Assembly (NCBI RefSeq): GCF_006345805.1
Contig: NW_021833899.1
Span: 1-55,066 of the forward strand
Origin: Octopus sinensis
Lineage: Eukaryota
Direction of reading: 5' to 3'
Length of the DNA stretch: 55,066 nucleotides
This document shows positions 14,776-28,159 of the stretch, one piece after another. The notes under the pieces were generated by a model that was not told the DNA's origin, made no database searches, and saw nothing but the letters and a program-made list of their open reading frames with translations. Numbering within the stretch: position 1 is the first letter of the stretch; each line of letters begins with the position of its first letter. Both the position numbers and the translations under genes were made by a program.

Positions 14776-16391
14776 CGTGATTCACGTGACCGACCAGACC
14801 ATCATATGTTGCTACACATCGCTGGTCACGTAGCGTTTGCATTGTTTTAGCCTTCAAATGACGCCACCCCCGCCCCGCGGATAATTGAGCAGGCCAACAG
14901 AAAGAGTGAGAGAAAAGAATGTTGAAAGAGTACAGCAGGGATCACCACCCCCTGCTGGAGCCTTGTGGTGCTTTTAGTTGTTTTCGCTCAATAAACACTC
15001 AAAATGCCCGATCTGTGAATCGAAACCGCGATCCTACGACACCGCGAGTCCGCTGCCCTACTACCCATAAATAAAACATTGGGATATTCTAACTTTACGT
15101 AGTTTTCTAATTTGTATATAACGTTTGTTCGTGCAAACACTGTAATTGAAAGAAACCTGGCTTCATTTTTCAAACCAAAGTTACACAAAGTGCGAACGTA
15201 AGAGAAACTCTTATAGAGCTTATCTTTTTTCTGACTCCTTAGGAAAGTAAAAAGTACACTATTACTGTTGTTCCCACTCCACTATTTATAGCACGATACT
15301 CATCTCTATAAAATGGATTTTTTTTTTTTCTAATTTCTAAATATCTTACTAATGTTTTCTCTTGCAGAATCATGAAATTAAACGAAAGCTGACTTCATTT
15401 TTCATGCAAATTATTACTGTTGTTTCTGATCCAATATTTATAACATGATACTCATCTCTATATCACTGGGTTTTATTTTTCTAATTTCTAAATAGTTTAC
15501 TAATGTTTTCTCTTGCAGAATCATGAAATTAAAAGAAACCTGTCTTTATTTTTCAATGTAAACTGTCGAAATTTGAATTCCCATTGTAAAACCGGGAAGA
15601 ATACCGCCATGCATCTTGTCCAACCGCCTAAATTTTCTACCATCTTGCAGCTTCATATTGTACATCAATAATTCGATGACCTTCTTTTACGAAACTTATA
15701 ATATATATGAGAACTGTAATGTTTTATGCTTCATGAGAGCCTGTGGCTTCCTCCTGGGCTGGATATGGTCCAGAGTATAACTCGATATGCATATTGCTTC
15801 ATGTATAGGGTTCTATATTGACCAATGTAAAAGAAGTGATTACGTACGTTCTTGCCTTTCTTCCCTCAGAAGTAAACTGGTTAGCTAAACCTCAGCTTTA
15901 ACCGGCCATCTTATTAAATATATTCAAATATAGTTTTAATTATTATCTTATCTTTCTTAATGCTTGTTGTTCAGATGACATTGCGTAACATACATTAGCA
16001 GTGATGACGTAAGAGAAAGGCAAGAATATCAAAATACTTGAAATACTTTTAACTTCAATGTCATGTAATAGGTCTGAGGGTGGCGTAAATATGATTATTA
16101 GCGAAGATGGCTCTGTGACAAGTTGTTAAATAAGCAAATAGAATCCTACAACTGCCACAGATTACAAGATGGAATTAATCAGTAATTAAAATGCCTCTAT
16201 GCTTAATTACAGTCCAATCCTTGAAAGCATTTTTAAGGTCCATGCAATTAATTTAGATAAATCTTTATTGGCACAGCTTCTAGTGTGGGCTAACTTCAAT
16301 TATATATGTGTGGATATATGTATATACCTACGTATCCAATCTATGTATTTCTATATATGAATGTATGTGTATTACATATCTCTACATAGGC

Positions 16392-16392
<1 letters not shown>
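13108..16392. repeat. About 1.62 kb direct tandem duplication (13108-14730 / 14774-16392)
   Basis: Colinear near-identical copies, each bounded by (TA)n tracts. Confidence 0.97.
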
Positions 16393-16434
<42 letters not shown>

Positions 16435-16685
16435 CACACACATGCATACACACATAGGACACATACAACGTATATGTCTAGGTGACATTATTTCATAAAT
16501 ATACACACATATATGTATATATAATATATATATGTCTGTATAATATTATATATATATTCATATAGATACATAATTATATGTATGCAAACATATACATATG
16601 TTATATCGTGTGTGAATGTATATGCACATGAATATACGTATAAAATATGGTTGTGTATACACTTGCATTTACATACACATAATAC

Positions 16686-16731
<46 letters not shown>

Positions 16732-16739
16732 GATATAAC

Positions 16740-16809
<70 letters not shown>

Positions 16810-17027
16810 ATATATATATACAACATATATATATATTGTATATATATATTATTTTTTATATATATAGATAGATATATTATATATATATACAAATATATAT
16901 ATTGTGTATATATATATATTATATATATATATATTACACACATATATATATATACATATGTGTGTATATTTATGAATTTATGTCAACCTAGACATATACG
17001 TGTGTATGTTTTCCTATGTGTGTATGC

Positions 17028-17084
<57 letters not shown>

Positions 17085-17285
17085 TATGTAGAGATATGTA
17101 ATACACATACATTCATATATAGAAATACATAGATTGGATACGTAGGTATATACATATATCCACACATATATAATTGAAGTTTAGCCCACACTAGAAGCTG
17201 TGCCAATAAAGCATTTATCTAAATTAATTGCATGGAACCTTAAAAATGCTTTCATGGATTGGACTGTAATTAAGCACTAGAGGCA
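16192..17285. repeat. About 0.35 kb inverted duplication around a TA tract
   Basis: 16192-16530 is the reverse complement of about 16930-17285. Confidence 0.9.
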
Positions 17286-17791
17286 TATATATATATATAT
17301 ATATATAATATATATATAATATCTATAAATATATATATATATATATAAATGATATATATATATATATATGTATGTTTGTGTACGCGGTGACTAGTTTGAG
17401 CAACCTTGTTTCTTACTTGATTCAGTATCTAATTCTATAGCTTTTCAATTGAATAATTCATAAATATCGGAGTTACTACTGCTTCTATCCGAGGCGAGGT
17501 ATTAGAAATTTCAAAACAGGGAAGTAGATTTATTTTTAAGTGATAATTTCGTGGAAGATTAATGGGAGACATTACAGTTTCGATTAATTAAAACTTAATT
17601 ACATGTAATGTCTAGAAGTGATACGATATTTTTTTACAACAAATCACCAAAACCGTACACCAGTATCGGAGTTCATTCTCTCCCGTTCTTCATGTCGTAA
17701 CTTCATGTCGTAACTTCACCAAACTGCGTCCTCATCCAGTATCCAAGACATATCGGTTCAAATATATCGTGTAAACGGTATTATCGAAACG

Positions 17792-18001
17792 TTAGCACAC
17801 AGAGCGAAACGCTTAGCGGTATTTCGTCTGCCGTTACGTTGTGAGATCAAATTCCGCCGAGGTCGACTTTGCCTTTCATCCTTCCGGGGTCAATAAATTA
17901 AGTACCAGTTCCGCACTGGGGTCGATGTAATCGACTTAATCCGTTTGTCTGTCCTTGTTTGTCCTCTCTGTGTTTAGTCCCTTGTGGGTAGTAAAGAAAT
18001 A
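17792..18001 (+). mobile_element. tRNA-derived SINE family B (Meta-like core) with 15-bp TSD
   Basis: B-box-like GAGATCAAATTC and core GACTTTGCCTTTCATCCTTCCGGGGTCAATAAATTAAGTACCAG. Flanked by GGTATTATCGAAACG at 17777 and 18002. The Meta-domain resemblance is from memory. Confidence 0.88.
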
Positions 18002-18067
18002 GGTATTATCGAAACGCCCCTTAAACATACAAATAGCAATGAATATAAATACGTATAAAAGTATACA

Positions 18068-18224
18068 TTGGCTGTGTGGTAAGTAGCTCGTTTACGAACC
18101 TCGTGGTTCCGGGTTCAGTCCCACTGCGTGGCACCTTGGTCAAGTGTATTCTACTATAGCCTCATGCCCTCCAAAGCCATGTGAGTGGATTTGGTAGACG
18201 GAAACTGAAAGTAGCCCGTCGTAC

Positions 18225-18269
<45 letters not shown>

Positions 18270-18594
18270 TAATATATTAATATATATCTATATTAATATA
18301 TCTATATAATATATATATATATATATAATATATATAGTATATGTATGTATATGTATGTATATGTATGAATGTATGTTTGTGGATATGTTTCTGTGTTTTG
18401 TTTGTCCCCCAACATCGCTTGACAACCGATGCTGGTGTGTTTACATACCCGTAACCTAGCGGTTCGGCAAAAGAGACCGATAGAATAAGTACAATACTTA
18501 CAACGAATAAGTTCTGGGTTTGATTTGCTTGACTAAAGGCTGTGCTCGATCATGGGCACAGTCACATGACTGAAACAAGTAAAGGATTAAAGAG
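18068..18594 (+). mobile_element. SINE family A with expanded internal microsatellite
   Basis: Same head and tail as the 37731 copy; the internal TA/TG tract is much longer. Confidence 0.88.
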
Positions 18595-18904
18595 TATATA
18601 TATATATATATATATATAACCGAAGAGATGGTGGTGTGGATTTCTACCCCGGCATCCGAAACTCAGAGTTTTCTCTTGGCTATTGAATAATTGTCACATA
18701 TTATTTTACAGATAAATTTCCTCTATAACATAATATTGAGGTCTCTTTCTTTCTTTTGTTATCTTACCGTTTTACCAATTTATACATATGTGTGTGGTGT
18801 GTGTGTGTGTGGCTATCACCCAAGCAGCGTGAGTTCGATCCCCGGTATCAGAACGCTATACACACACACACACACACACCACACACAAACACACACGCAC
18901 TTCT

Positions 18905-19390
18905 ATGTACAACTGAAGAATTCCATCCTAAGTGTGTCAAGAAAACGGCGTAAGCGGGAAGTGTGCGTGAAGTAATGGTGTGGGCCACGTTCAGCATCTT
19001 AGTTGTTGGTGACTGACTGAACAGTGTAGGCTATCTGCAATTAGTAAATGAAAATGTGCTGCCATATCTATTCACATGCCACCGGGATCTATTTTCTATT
19101 GCTCCGTTCATAGGGCCACTAAAGTTTTGCAATAGTTTGAACACAATAATATGGTATCTATTGAGTGGCCTCCGCAGAGTCCGGATTCGAATCCGATAGA
19201 AAATTTATGGAAATATATTTCTGAAAGAGTTCTTGCTAAAAAATCATCAAATTTGTCCCAATTATATAATTTTATTGAAGAAATATGGTAGAACATCCCA
19301 AAGGATTTTTGTGCTCATTTGTCGAACTCCATATCCCGCCTTTGTAAGGCCAGAATTAAAACGAATGACTATAAGACCAGATACTAATAA
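18905..19390 (+). pseudogene. Tc1-like transposase C-terminal fragment
   Basis: FHPKCVKKT, VMVWA, APVHRA, and WPPQSPDSNPIENLW at 19166-19210. Confidence 0.85.
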
Positions 19391-20301
19391 TAATGTGTTT
19401 TTATGGAAGAATCAAGAAGGACAAATATTGACATACTATGTGCGTACAGTTGTTTTCATGAGCAGAATTGCTGAATGTATTTGAAAAAGTGTGGATATTA
19501 ATTGATGAGAAGCGTAGTTACATGGAATGAAGTAATAAATATAACGAGCGACAGTGAAGGACTAGTTGCAAAGCAACAAAAAAGAATGGTAAAGATTAGG
19601 AAAAAAAGATTGAGAAAAACCTTTTGCTGCAGAAGAAAAGTTCTTCAAAATTTTCTCTATACAAATGGAAACAATGAGCTGACAAAACCTTTCATAAAAC
19701 GTTCAGAGAATTGAAAGGAGTTTTGTAAGCAAATAGGAACTAGTAAAAACCTTTTTTTTTTCATTATGCTGAATCACAAGAACAAGCATAAGAAATGCAT
19801 TACATGTTTGCTTACCTGTAGGCTTCACACACCGACAGGTGACAACATGCCGGCGGGTGTGTATTCATTAATTCTTTTTAAGGAGGAACGATTGTAGGAG
19901 ATGAAAGAAATATACATAAGTAAGTGATGACATTTATTTTTTTTTTCTGGAAAGATCATACAGGTTAAGACAAAAAGTACGCTGCTCAATTCATCAACAG
20001 CAAATCATAGACTAATGGTCGATGTGCAAAGAGTGAAAAAAATTATTCGTATGTAATAAAGAGAATTGAAATATCGAAGCTGCTCACAATTATGATGAAT
20101 TATAAGATATCTTTCATATCCTATTTGTTCTGTCATTGGACTGTCGCCGTGATTGAATACCGTTTTGAAGAACCGCTATATTACAGGGTCTGAAACACCA
20201 ACACTAATCTAATTGTCAAGCTATGTTGGTGGTGGGGAGCAAACAGCGACACAAGGACACACACACACACACACACACAAACACATATATATATATATAT
20301 A

Positions 20302-20535
20302 TTCTTTTATTCTATTATTTGTTTCAGTCATTTTGACTGGGGCCACGCTGGAGCACCGCATTCAGTCGAAAACATCGACCCGAGGACGTAATCTTTGTAA
20401 GCCTATTACTTATTCTATCGGTTACTTTTGCCGAAACCGCTAAGTTACGGGGATGTTAATACACCAACATCAGTTGTCAAGTAATAATGGGAGACAAACA
20501 CAGATACACAACATACACACACAGATTATTATATG

Positions 20536-20623
<88 letters not shown>

Positions 20624-20860
20624 TATATATATGCATATATGTAGATCCGTACTTTATACAATTTATTATTTTCAAGCAAGAATGTTATTCACGGTGACTT
20701 TCAAGTTTCGGCCGGGTAGTCTACCGTGAGTTTCTCTCTGTCAAATTTGGTAAGCTATTGGTCTTTTGGTGTACTGTAAAAGATACTTCCCCGGGGTGCC
20801 GTGCAAAGGGAGAAAACTCGGAATCATGTGGTTGTAAATTGAGATTCTTAAATCACACAT
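20302..20860 (-). mobile_element. SINE family A, 3' half clear, 5' half strongly decayed
   Basis: Tail and body match at 20302-20520, then a long TA tract, then weak head similarity. Confidence 0.65.
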
Positions 20861-21160
20861 TAAAATTACATTTGGCAGTAAGACAATTTCTGTTCATGCT
20901 CGGAAATGTAAACGATAAAATTAATGCTGAAATATAATAGCTCTGGATATCAGGAAATATTTTACCTGTAAGAGATTTAGAAAGATCTGAGTTAACAACA
21001 CATGCATGTTGTTTACTTTAAATTATACATATATACACAAAATATATTCATATATATATATATACAAACATATAATGATGGGCTTCGGTATCTATATATA
21101 TATATATATATACATATATATATACATACACACACACATATATATACATATGTATATATA

Positions 21161-21246
<86 letters not shown>

Positions 21247-21479
21247 CATACATACATATATAATAGTGGGCTTCAGTTTCCTTCTACTAATTCCACTCAC
21301 AAAGCTACATTAGATGGAACTTTCTCAAACTGCCATGTTGTGGGACTGATCGCGGTGCCATTTGGTTAGGAAGCATGTCTCTTACTATAGAATCTCTTCA
21401 TGTGCACGCATATAAAATATTCCAAAGGTCTCTCGGCAGTAACTATACTATTGCAAACCAAGTATTTATAAGATGGTCT

Positions 21480-21776
21480 TCGTTTCCCAGACCGGGCGTT
21501 GCGAGTGTTTATTGAGCGAAAACACTTAAAGCTCCATGTTTCACCGCAACCTTCTCTCACAATCTTCTCTCACTCTTTCTTATTGTTTCTGCTGTACCTG
21601 TATTTGAAAGGGCCAGCCTTGTCACACTTTGTGTCACGTTGAATCTCCCCGAGAACTACGTTAAGGGTACACTTGTCAATGGAGTGCTCAGCCACTTGCA
21701 TGTTAATATTACGAGCAGGCTGTTCCATTGATCGGATCAACTGGAACCCTCGTCGTCGTAACCGACGGGATACCAC
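21480..21776 (+). mobile_element. SINE family C variant with a different 3' body
   Basis: cccagaccgggcgttgcgagtgtttattgagcgaaaacac is shared with the other C copies; the downstream sequence is unrelated to the 13.1 kb copy. Confidence 0.7.
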
Positions 21777-21800
21777 GCATAAGATGGTATAAGACTACAA

Positions 21801-22011
21801 GGCGTCGAGCGGGCGAAATGCTTAGCGGTATTGCCGTCTGCCGTTACGTTCTGAGTTCAAATTCCGCCAAGGTCGACTTTGCCTTTCATCCTTTCGGGGT
21901 CGATAAATTAAGTACCAGTTGCGCACTGGGTCGATGTAATCGACTTAATTACCTATGTCTGTCCTTGTTTGTCCCCTCTGTCTTTAGCCCCTTGTGGGTA
22001 ATAAAGAAATA
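21801..22011 (+). mobile_element. SINE family B with 15-bp TSD
   Basis: Flanked by GGTATAAGACTACAA at 21786 and 22012. Confidence 0.9.
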
Positions 22012-22089
22012 GGTATAAGACTACAAAAGAATATATTAGACATTACAAGACTTTAAAAAACTTTATGAGTTGAAAATGTCATCCTTTCT

Positions 22090-22570
22090 TTTCAATACAT
22101 AAAATTTAATTTCTTTTTTATTGCCATGTGAGCACTTCCTAGGCGGATTTCCGTTTCCTGTGAGAATTTACGTAAGGACTCTGACGGGCTTGCCAACAGT
22201 TTATCAGAAATATTGGAGAGTGTTTCGTCTAAAAGAACAGTAGGCCTACCGCTTCTTGCTGCGTCTTCCACAGAGCCTGTGTTTCTAAATGTTCTTATCA
22301 ATCCCTCACAGAGTGTCACGATGTGGAACAGCAGTATTTGGAAAAGTTTTCCTGAACGTCTGTTTAACAATATCTGTGTATTTGTTTCCAGCTCGAAACA
22401 CGCATTCGACTAAAAACGTACGTTCTTCAATTGTTAACATGTGGACACGCTGAAAGGTAGACAATGACCGAGGGACAATGGCTGACATCCGGCCACCCAC
22501 GCAGTGACAGCCAAATTGCGCATGGGCAGGATGAAAAAAAACACTGCGGACAAACTTTTTGAACACCCTG
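22090..22570 (-). mobile_element. Left end of a Tc1/mariner-superfamily transposon (DUF4817-type HTH N-terminus) with TIR
   Basis: TA|CAGGGTGTTCAAAAAG terminus at 22570. MLTIEERTFLVECVFRAGNKYTDIVKQTFRKTFP.../LIRTFRNTGSVEDAARSGRP, frameshifted and truncated. Confidence 0.82.
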
Positions 22571-23334
22571 TATAGTTGTGTATGTGTATTTAATTACCTC
22601 AGAAATTAGGAATGTTAGCTAGTCTAACTAAACTACTAGTTCAGTGAGATATCTAGATTTAAGTATTTAATTTTCGATATAAACTAAATTCTTCAGATGA
22701 TGAGTTCTACAATTCCTTCCAGCTAGTCCAAATCTTGCATACATAGAATATTTCTTCTTATCAAGAAAAAATTTTAATGTAATATTAATTATATGATTCC
22801 TATTCTGCAATCTGAGCTCGAAAGTTAATACATGCCAAGTTTTTTTAATTCAAGTTTATTTCGTGTGTGTGAGAGGCTCTATAAACTTCGGCAAAGACTG
22901 TAAACGGATAAAATATTTCGCTTAATTTTTTTACCGTCGGATTTTAACAATTTTTTAAAAACCCGGTTAAGAACTTATGCTTAGCAAATCTGTACTTTGA
23001 TTCACTACAGAAACCCTGTCAGAAGAGGATGTGTATCAAGCCCAGCAGTTTATTATATGTGTATATGATTTTTAATATATATAATGAAAGCTACTTGCAG
23101 CGTTACCAGATGAACACTCTCTTTATGTTTTATAACAGGTATTTTATATGAAATATATAAAGATTATAAATGTCTTGTTCGTAGTCTCAGTTGCAGTTCT
23201 ATGTATACTGTGTGTTCAACCAAATATCGAAGTACACATGCACCCATGCTTACGCAGAAATACACAGGCTAAGGCATACTTACATACATGTCGAAGAGCG
23301 TAACGTAAAACACGTTTCCATTGTTCCCAAGCGT

Positions 23335-23378
<44 letters not shown>

Positions 23379-24639
23379 AGAGAGAGAGAGAGAGAGAGAG
23401 AGTTAACTATTCTGTTACGGTAAGATCAACAAAAAACAGCAAAATATACTTCATCCAGCGAAGGATAAATATTATTTAATATACACTGTAAAAAGATGCG
23501 AGCTGCTAATAGCCTCTTGCTGAGAAACGCATCTCTTCACAGCAAGAAAATATGAGCAGCCCTTATCTATAATTTGATCATTAAATAATCTGTGTGTTTG
23601 TGTGTGTGCGTCTGTGTGTGTGTGTATGTGTGTTTAGGCATGTGGCTCAATTCTGAGCACACTGCAATTGAAAGTTTTATGAGAATCAGTTATTTAAAAT
23701 TCAGCGTGTTATTACATTGTAGTAAATCCATAGTATATCAGAATTGCATGTAAATGATTAATCCGTTAAAACGATCGTTAAAAGTAACATATTCAGAGTA
23801 TAACTACAAATGAATAAATATCACAAAGCGTTAAATTTAGATGTGCTCAACAGCTGTTTCATTAATATAAACATGGTTAAATGAATGAGCACATAATACA
23901 TACTAAGTTGATTAAAACTTCATTGGGTGAATGAATTAAATTTCATTTTAATAATTTGTTTGCACAAGCCATTAGCTACAGTATATTATTTGTTATTTTA
24001 ACATTGCATAATTTTCCTCATGATTTGGGTAAACACAGCTTTTAAACTAATGTCAATTGATCTAATTAAAATCAATTAATTATGTATGTTGTACATTTTA
24101 ATGAAAATCTGTTTAATACAAACACTGAGTTTTATGTAAACATTAAGTTTTTTTACTGTTTATAATCTCTCCCCACATCACTCACACGAAAATATATATG
24201 TGTATATATGAGATAAATAAATTTATATCAAATTTATTCGTGTGTATTGGCGTATGTGTGTGAGTGTGTTTGTGTGTGTGCGTATAGAGACATACATAAA
24301 GTCATCCCTCTGTCTATATATATACGTGTACATAAAGAGACATAAGCACACTTGTGAAACTAGATATGTTAGCGTCTGAGGAAGATGTGTTACTATATTT
24401 CACTCGTAACTAAATTGAAAATACACATGTTCAGATTTAGTAAGGTTTCTTAGTGTGTTAATAGCGACAATAACAGCAATTGTAATCATAGTGAGGATAA
24501 TAGTAATGCAACGTAGAGAGAGACAGACAGAGTAAAACATATATAAAGGGAAAGTTTACGAAAATAATCAAAAGACGAAGGCAGGTGGTGTACAAACAAA
24601 CAGATGTATTAGTATAGCTCTCAGGAATAGAAAAAGTCT

Positions 24640-24670
24640 TTTACGTTTCGGGCCTACGCTCTTCTACAGA
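24640..24670 (-). ncRNA. Degenerate minimal hammerhead-like motif
   Basis: CTGTAGA-A-GAGC-GTAG-GCCC-GAAA-CGTA. It lies in a repeat that is also present, inverted, at 300-410. Confidence 0.35.
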
Positions 24671-24737
24671 AAGGTACACAGAAAAAACAAGGAGAGAAAC
24701 AAGGAGAGAAAATATATATATATATATATATATATAT

Positions 24738-24788
<51 letters not shown>

Positions 24789-26191
24789 AGTGGTCAAGAA
24801 CACTTGAGGAGGAAATATGTTTTGGAGATCTACTTAGCATAGTTTAACGAGACAGCAAATGTTGATAATAGTAAAATAGACTTGACAAATCTGAGAGTTC
24901 TCCGTTAGAGAATAAGTGCCTGTGTGATAAATCTTTGATAGATGAATGAATCAATGAATATGTTGTGTTAATGAAATGCATGATGATGAAGATCTTGATA
25001 ATAATGATAATAATTAAGATGATCATGATGATGATGCAATACCAAGCAGTGACTCACATGACTTCTGGTCTTAACTGATTGGAAGTCAACATGTGCTTCT
25101 TTTTTACTGATTTAAAGGACGGACTACAGGATGGTTTCTGTTAAATGCAGAAGACCTTGCATGTGCGTTGCATGACTGTAACGACTCGACCATGTCCCTA
25201 AGCGGCTGGTGATTTGTGCATCTGTGATGGCAAGCAGTAAATGGGGAGCGTTATAGCCATGTGGTGAGATGGATCATTGGGGGTTTGAACAATTCACCCC
25301 TTGAAACATGGGCGTCTCATTCATCATATTTAAACCCTTATTCAAGGATCTTTTGAGCAGGACGTGCTACTCGACCTCAAGAAAACTCTCGCTAGTTTGC
25401 CGTACTCACTCAAATGAGGACTCGGATTTTCGTGTGGTTCCCTGCTTTTTCTATATTTGCTGAGTCGCTGTGTTTGGTCGTCCAATCAGATTTTTTCTAA
25501 TGTGTGACTTCTGAGTGGTTATGATTATCGCTGCAGCCCCCCTCATCCTTATTATCACCATAGCTTCTTTGAGAAAACAAAAAAATTATTGAAGTATATA
25601 CATATAACAAGTAAAATATTTCAAGTCATTTGGATTCAAGAAAATAAAAAATATATCTAAATGTGCATCAAGAAACGATGAGCGTTTATTATATATGAAG
25701 TCAGGATGTATTTGTAAAGACATGCGTGATCATATTGGCGAATGATGCTGCATATACAGATATATTATATGAAGGTACAGTTCATCTTATGAATAACAAT
25801 TAGGCAAGTTCAGATTGTAAACACATCACTGTATTACTGTTTTGAATAAATTGAGAATATGGTGAAAAATTTAATACACAGGCACGAGAAACAGAGGAAG
25901 TAATCCCTTTTTATTTGCGTCAATAAGAGAAAACCCTATTTAGGAGACCATAGTATCCTTGTTCAATCGAATATTGATTTTCACTGCGCTGAGCCGGTCG
26001 TTTTGTGTAAAATAAGATACAGGCTATGTTGAAAGATTAAGCGAAAGATTGTCTGACGTAATATATGCAAATAACTGACCGAAGACGAACAATTCAAAGG
26101 TAATATTATGAGGTTCACACGAAAAAATTGCAAGATAATATTATTAGGTTTACACTCAAAAAAGGAAAACAATTAGAGTGTGAAAAGAAAT

Positions 26192-26218
26192 AACGTTTCG
26201 GACATAGTACTTCATCAG
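26192..26218 (-). ncRNA. Degenerate minimal hammerhead-like motif
   Basis: CTGATGA-AGTACTATGTCC-GAAA-CGTT; stem II is imperfect. Confidence 0.35.
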
Positions 26219-26554
26219 ATATGCATACGTGATTACGCAATCTCTGTCTTTCTCCCCCTCATACTCTATTTTCGTTGTTTGTGTGCGCGTGTGTATGTGT
26301 TTGGATATGCTCATGTAGTAAAAGAATGAGTCAGGTCATTATAGTAATACCATGAGCTGGGCGATTTTATATTTTGTTTCATTAAATCATTGAATTATCG
26401 CTGCAGTGATAAAAACGAACATGGTTATCATTTGTGTCTGCCTATTTGTAAATATATATATATATATACATACATACATACATACATACATACATACATA
26501 CATACATACATACATACACACACACACGCACACACATATGTATATATGTGCGTG

Positions 26555-26827
26555 TGTGTAAATTTAGGGCTAAACCACTAGGTGGATAACCATACGCTAG
26601 AAGAAGATCACATACGATCTAACTACAAAGAAAGAATGTTCACTAGAAAAAAATTCAGCGCACACCAGAACACAGGCGGGCATGACAGATGAAAATTATA
26701 TAAAAATCACATGTGTTCTGGTGTTCGCTGAATTTTCTCTGGAGAACATTCTTTCTTTATAGTTACACCGTATGTGATCTTCTAGCGTATGATTATCCAC
26801 CTAGTGGTTTAGCCCTAAATTTACACA
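26555..26827. mobile_element. Foldback/MITE-like element
   Basis: Inverted arms at 26555-26674 and 26712-26827. Possible TA|AATTTAGGG...CCCTAAATT|TA ends. Confidence 0.75.
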
Positions 26828-26926
26828 TGTATTGAATTTTTTTCTGATTTTTCAGATTTTTATATGTTCGGCTACTGGTTTTAAATTGATATTACTTAAA
26901 TTAATATTCCATTTATCTCCCTCATT

Positions 26927-26981
<55 letters not shown>

Positions 26982-27181
26982 GTAGAGATTATTTGTAAAC
27001 ATAATGTGTCAACCCCTTTTGGGTTGAATGTTTAAGCCCCAGGAAATGTCATCTCCAGTTGGCTATACGACACACATCTGTGTCCTTATATTTTCAAGCA
27101 AGAGAGTTCAGTACCCTCATTCAGCACAAAGCAATGTCTATGACCATATACACACACACATATATATATATGGAATAAAAA

Positions 27182-27389
27182 GTTTTGAATGGTACAACAA
27201 TTCACTATAATACAAACAATGGGCTATATACCTGTTGTTATTTTGTCATCCATTGTCTGATATGATATTTCGGAATAAAATTCCAACTTCAGATATCTCG
27301 AAATAACATATCAGACTATGGACGACTAAATTACAACAGGTATAGAGCCCATTGTTTGTATTATAGTGAATTGTTGAACCATTCAAAAC
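27182..27389. mobile_element. Foldback/MITE-like element
   Basis: Inverted arms at about 27182-27272 and 27299-27389. Confidence 0.7.
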
Positions 27390-28159
27390 ATTTTCTTCTT
27401 TACAAACAATACACAATGCTTCAAGCGAACTACAATATTCTCCTATATATATATATATATATCGGATCCGACAGGGAGAGTCGTGTATCGTCTTTGCTCT
27501 GTTTAAAAAGCAGAAAGTGTGCATAAATCGGTGAAATAATCTACTGAAAGTCACAAATTCAACTCATAAAGCCCACTACAACACTTCGGCTACAAATATA
27601 TTAATCAAAAACGTAATATATTTTGCCTGAAGCCAAACACAGTAAAAAATTTTCTTTTGACCGAAAACGCACATAGTGAAAAAAAGAAAAATCCACTGTA
27701 GAAGGAAAAAGAAACATCTCCTGGAAAATAACCACGAAAAAAACCCACGAAAAATCCAGACCACATCGTTGGATTAAGTATCCCTTTCATCTTCTATTTC
27801 ATATTTTGTTTATTATCCTATTTTATATAACCTTAAGCCCACATCTCCGTTAAAGTCTACGATCGCTATTTTTTTGTTTGTTTACATTTCAATAACAGTC
27901 TCGAACTTAGCTTCAAAATTAAATAACCCTTTCTTCACACTTTAAAATATATATATATTTTAATATATTTTCACTCATTTTCTTTCTTTTTTTATTTTTT
28001 CCACCTTCCTTCTCTCCCCGTCTGTGTATATGTGTATGTGTGTGCACGTGTATGTATGTGTGTATGCGTGTATGTATATATGTATGCGTATATATGCATG
28101 GACGTGAACTTTCACGAACTTTATATAGATAACTAATCTTTCCCCTCTTTCTTACCTCT

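Noticed and set aside
24990-25440. Segment resembling a common octopus interspersed repeat
   Set aside because: Recognition is from memory only. There is no second copy or coding motif in the window to support a call.
26005-26110. Plus-strand segment ending in AAG|GTAATA
   Set aside because: Stop codons in the frames examined; not a credible coding exon.
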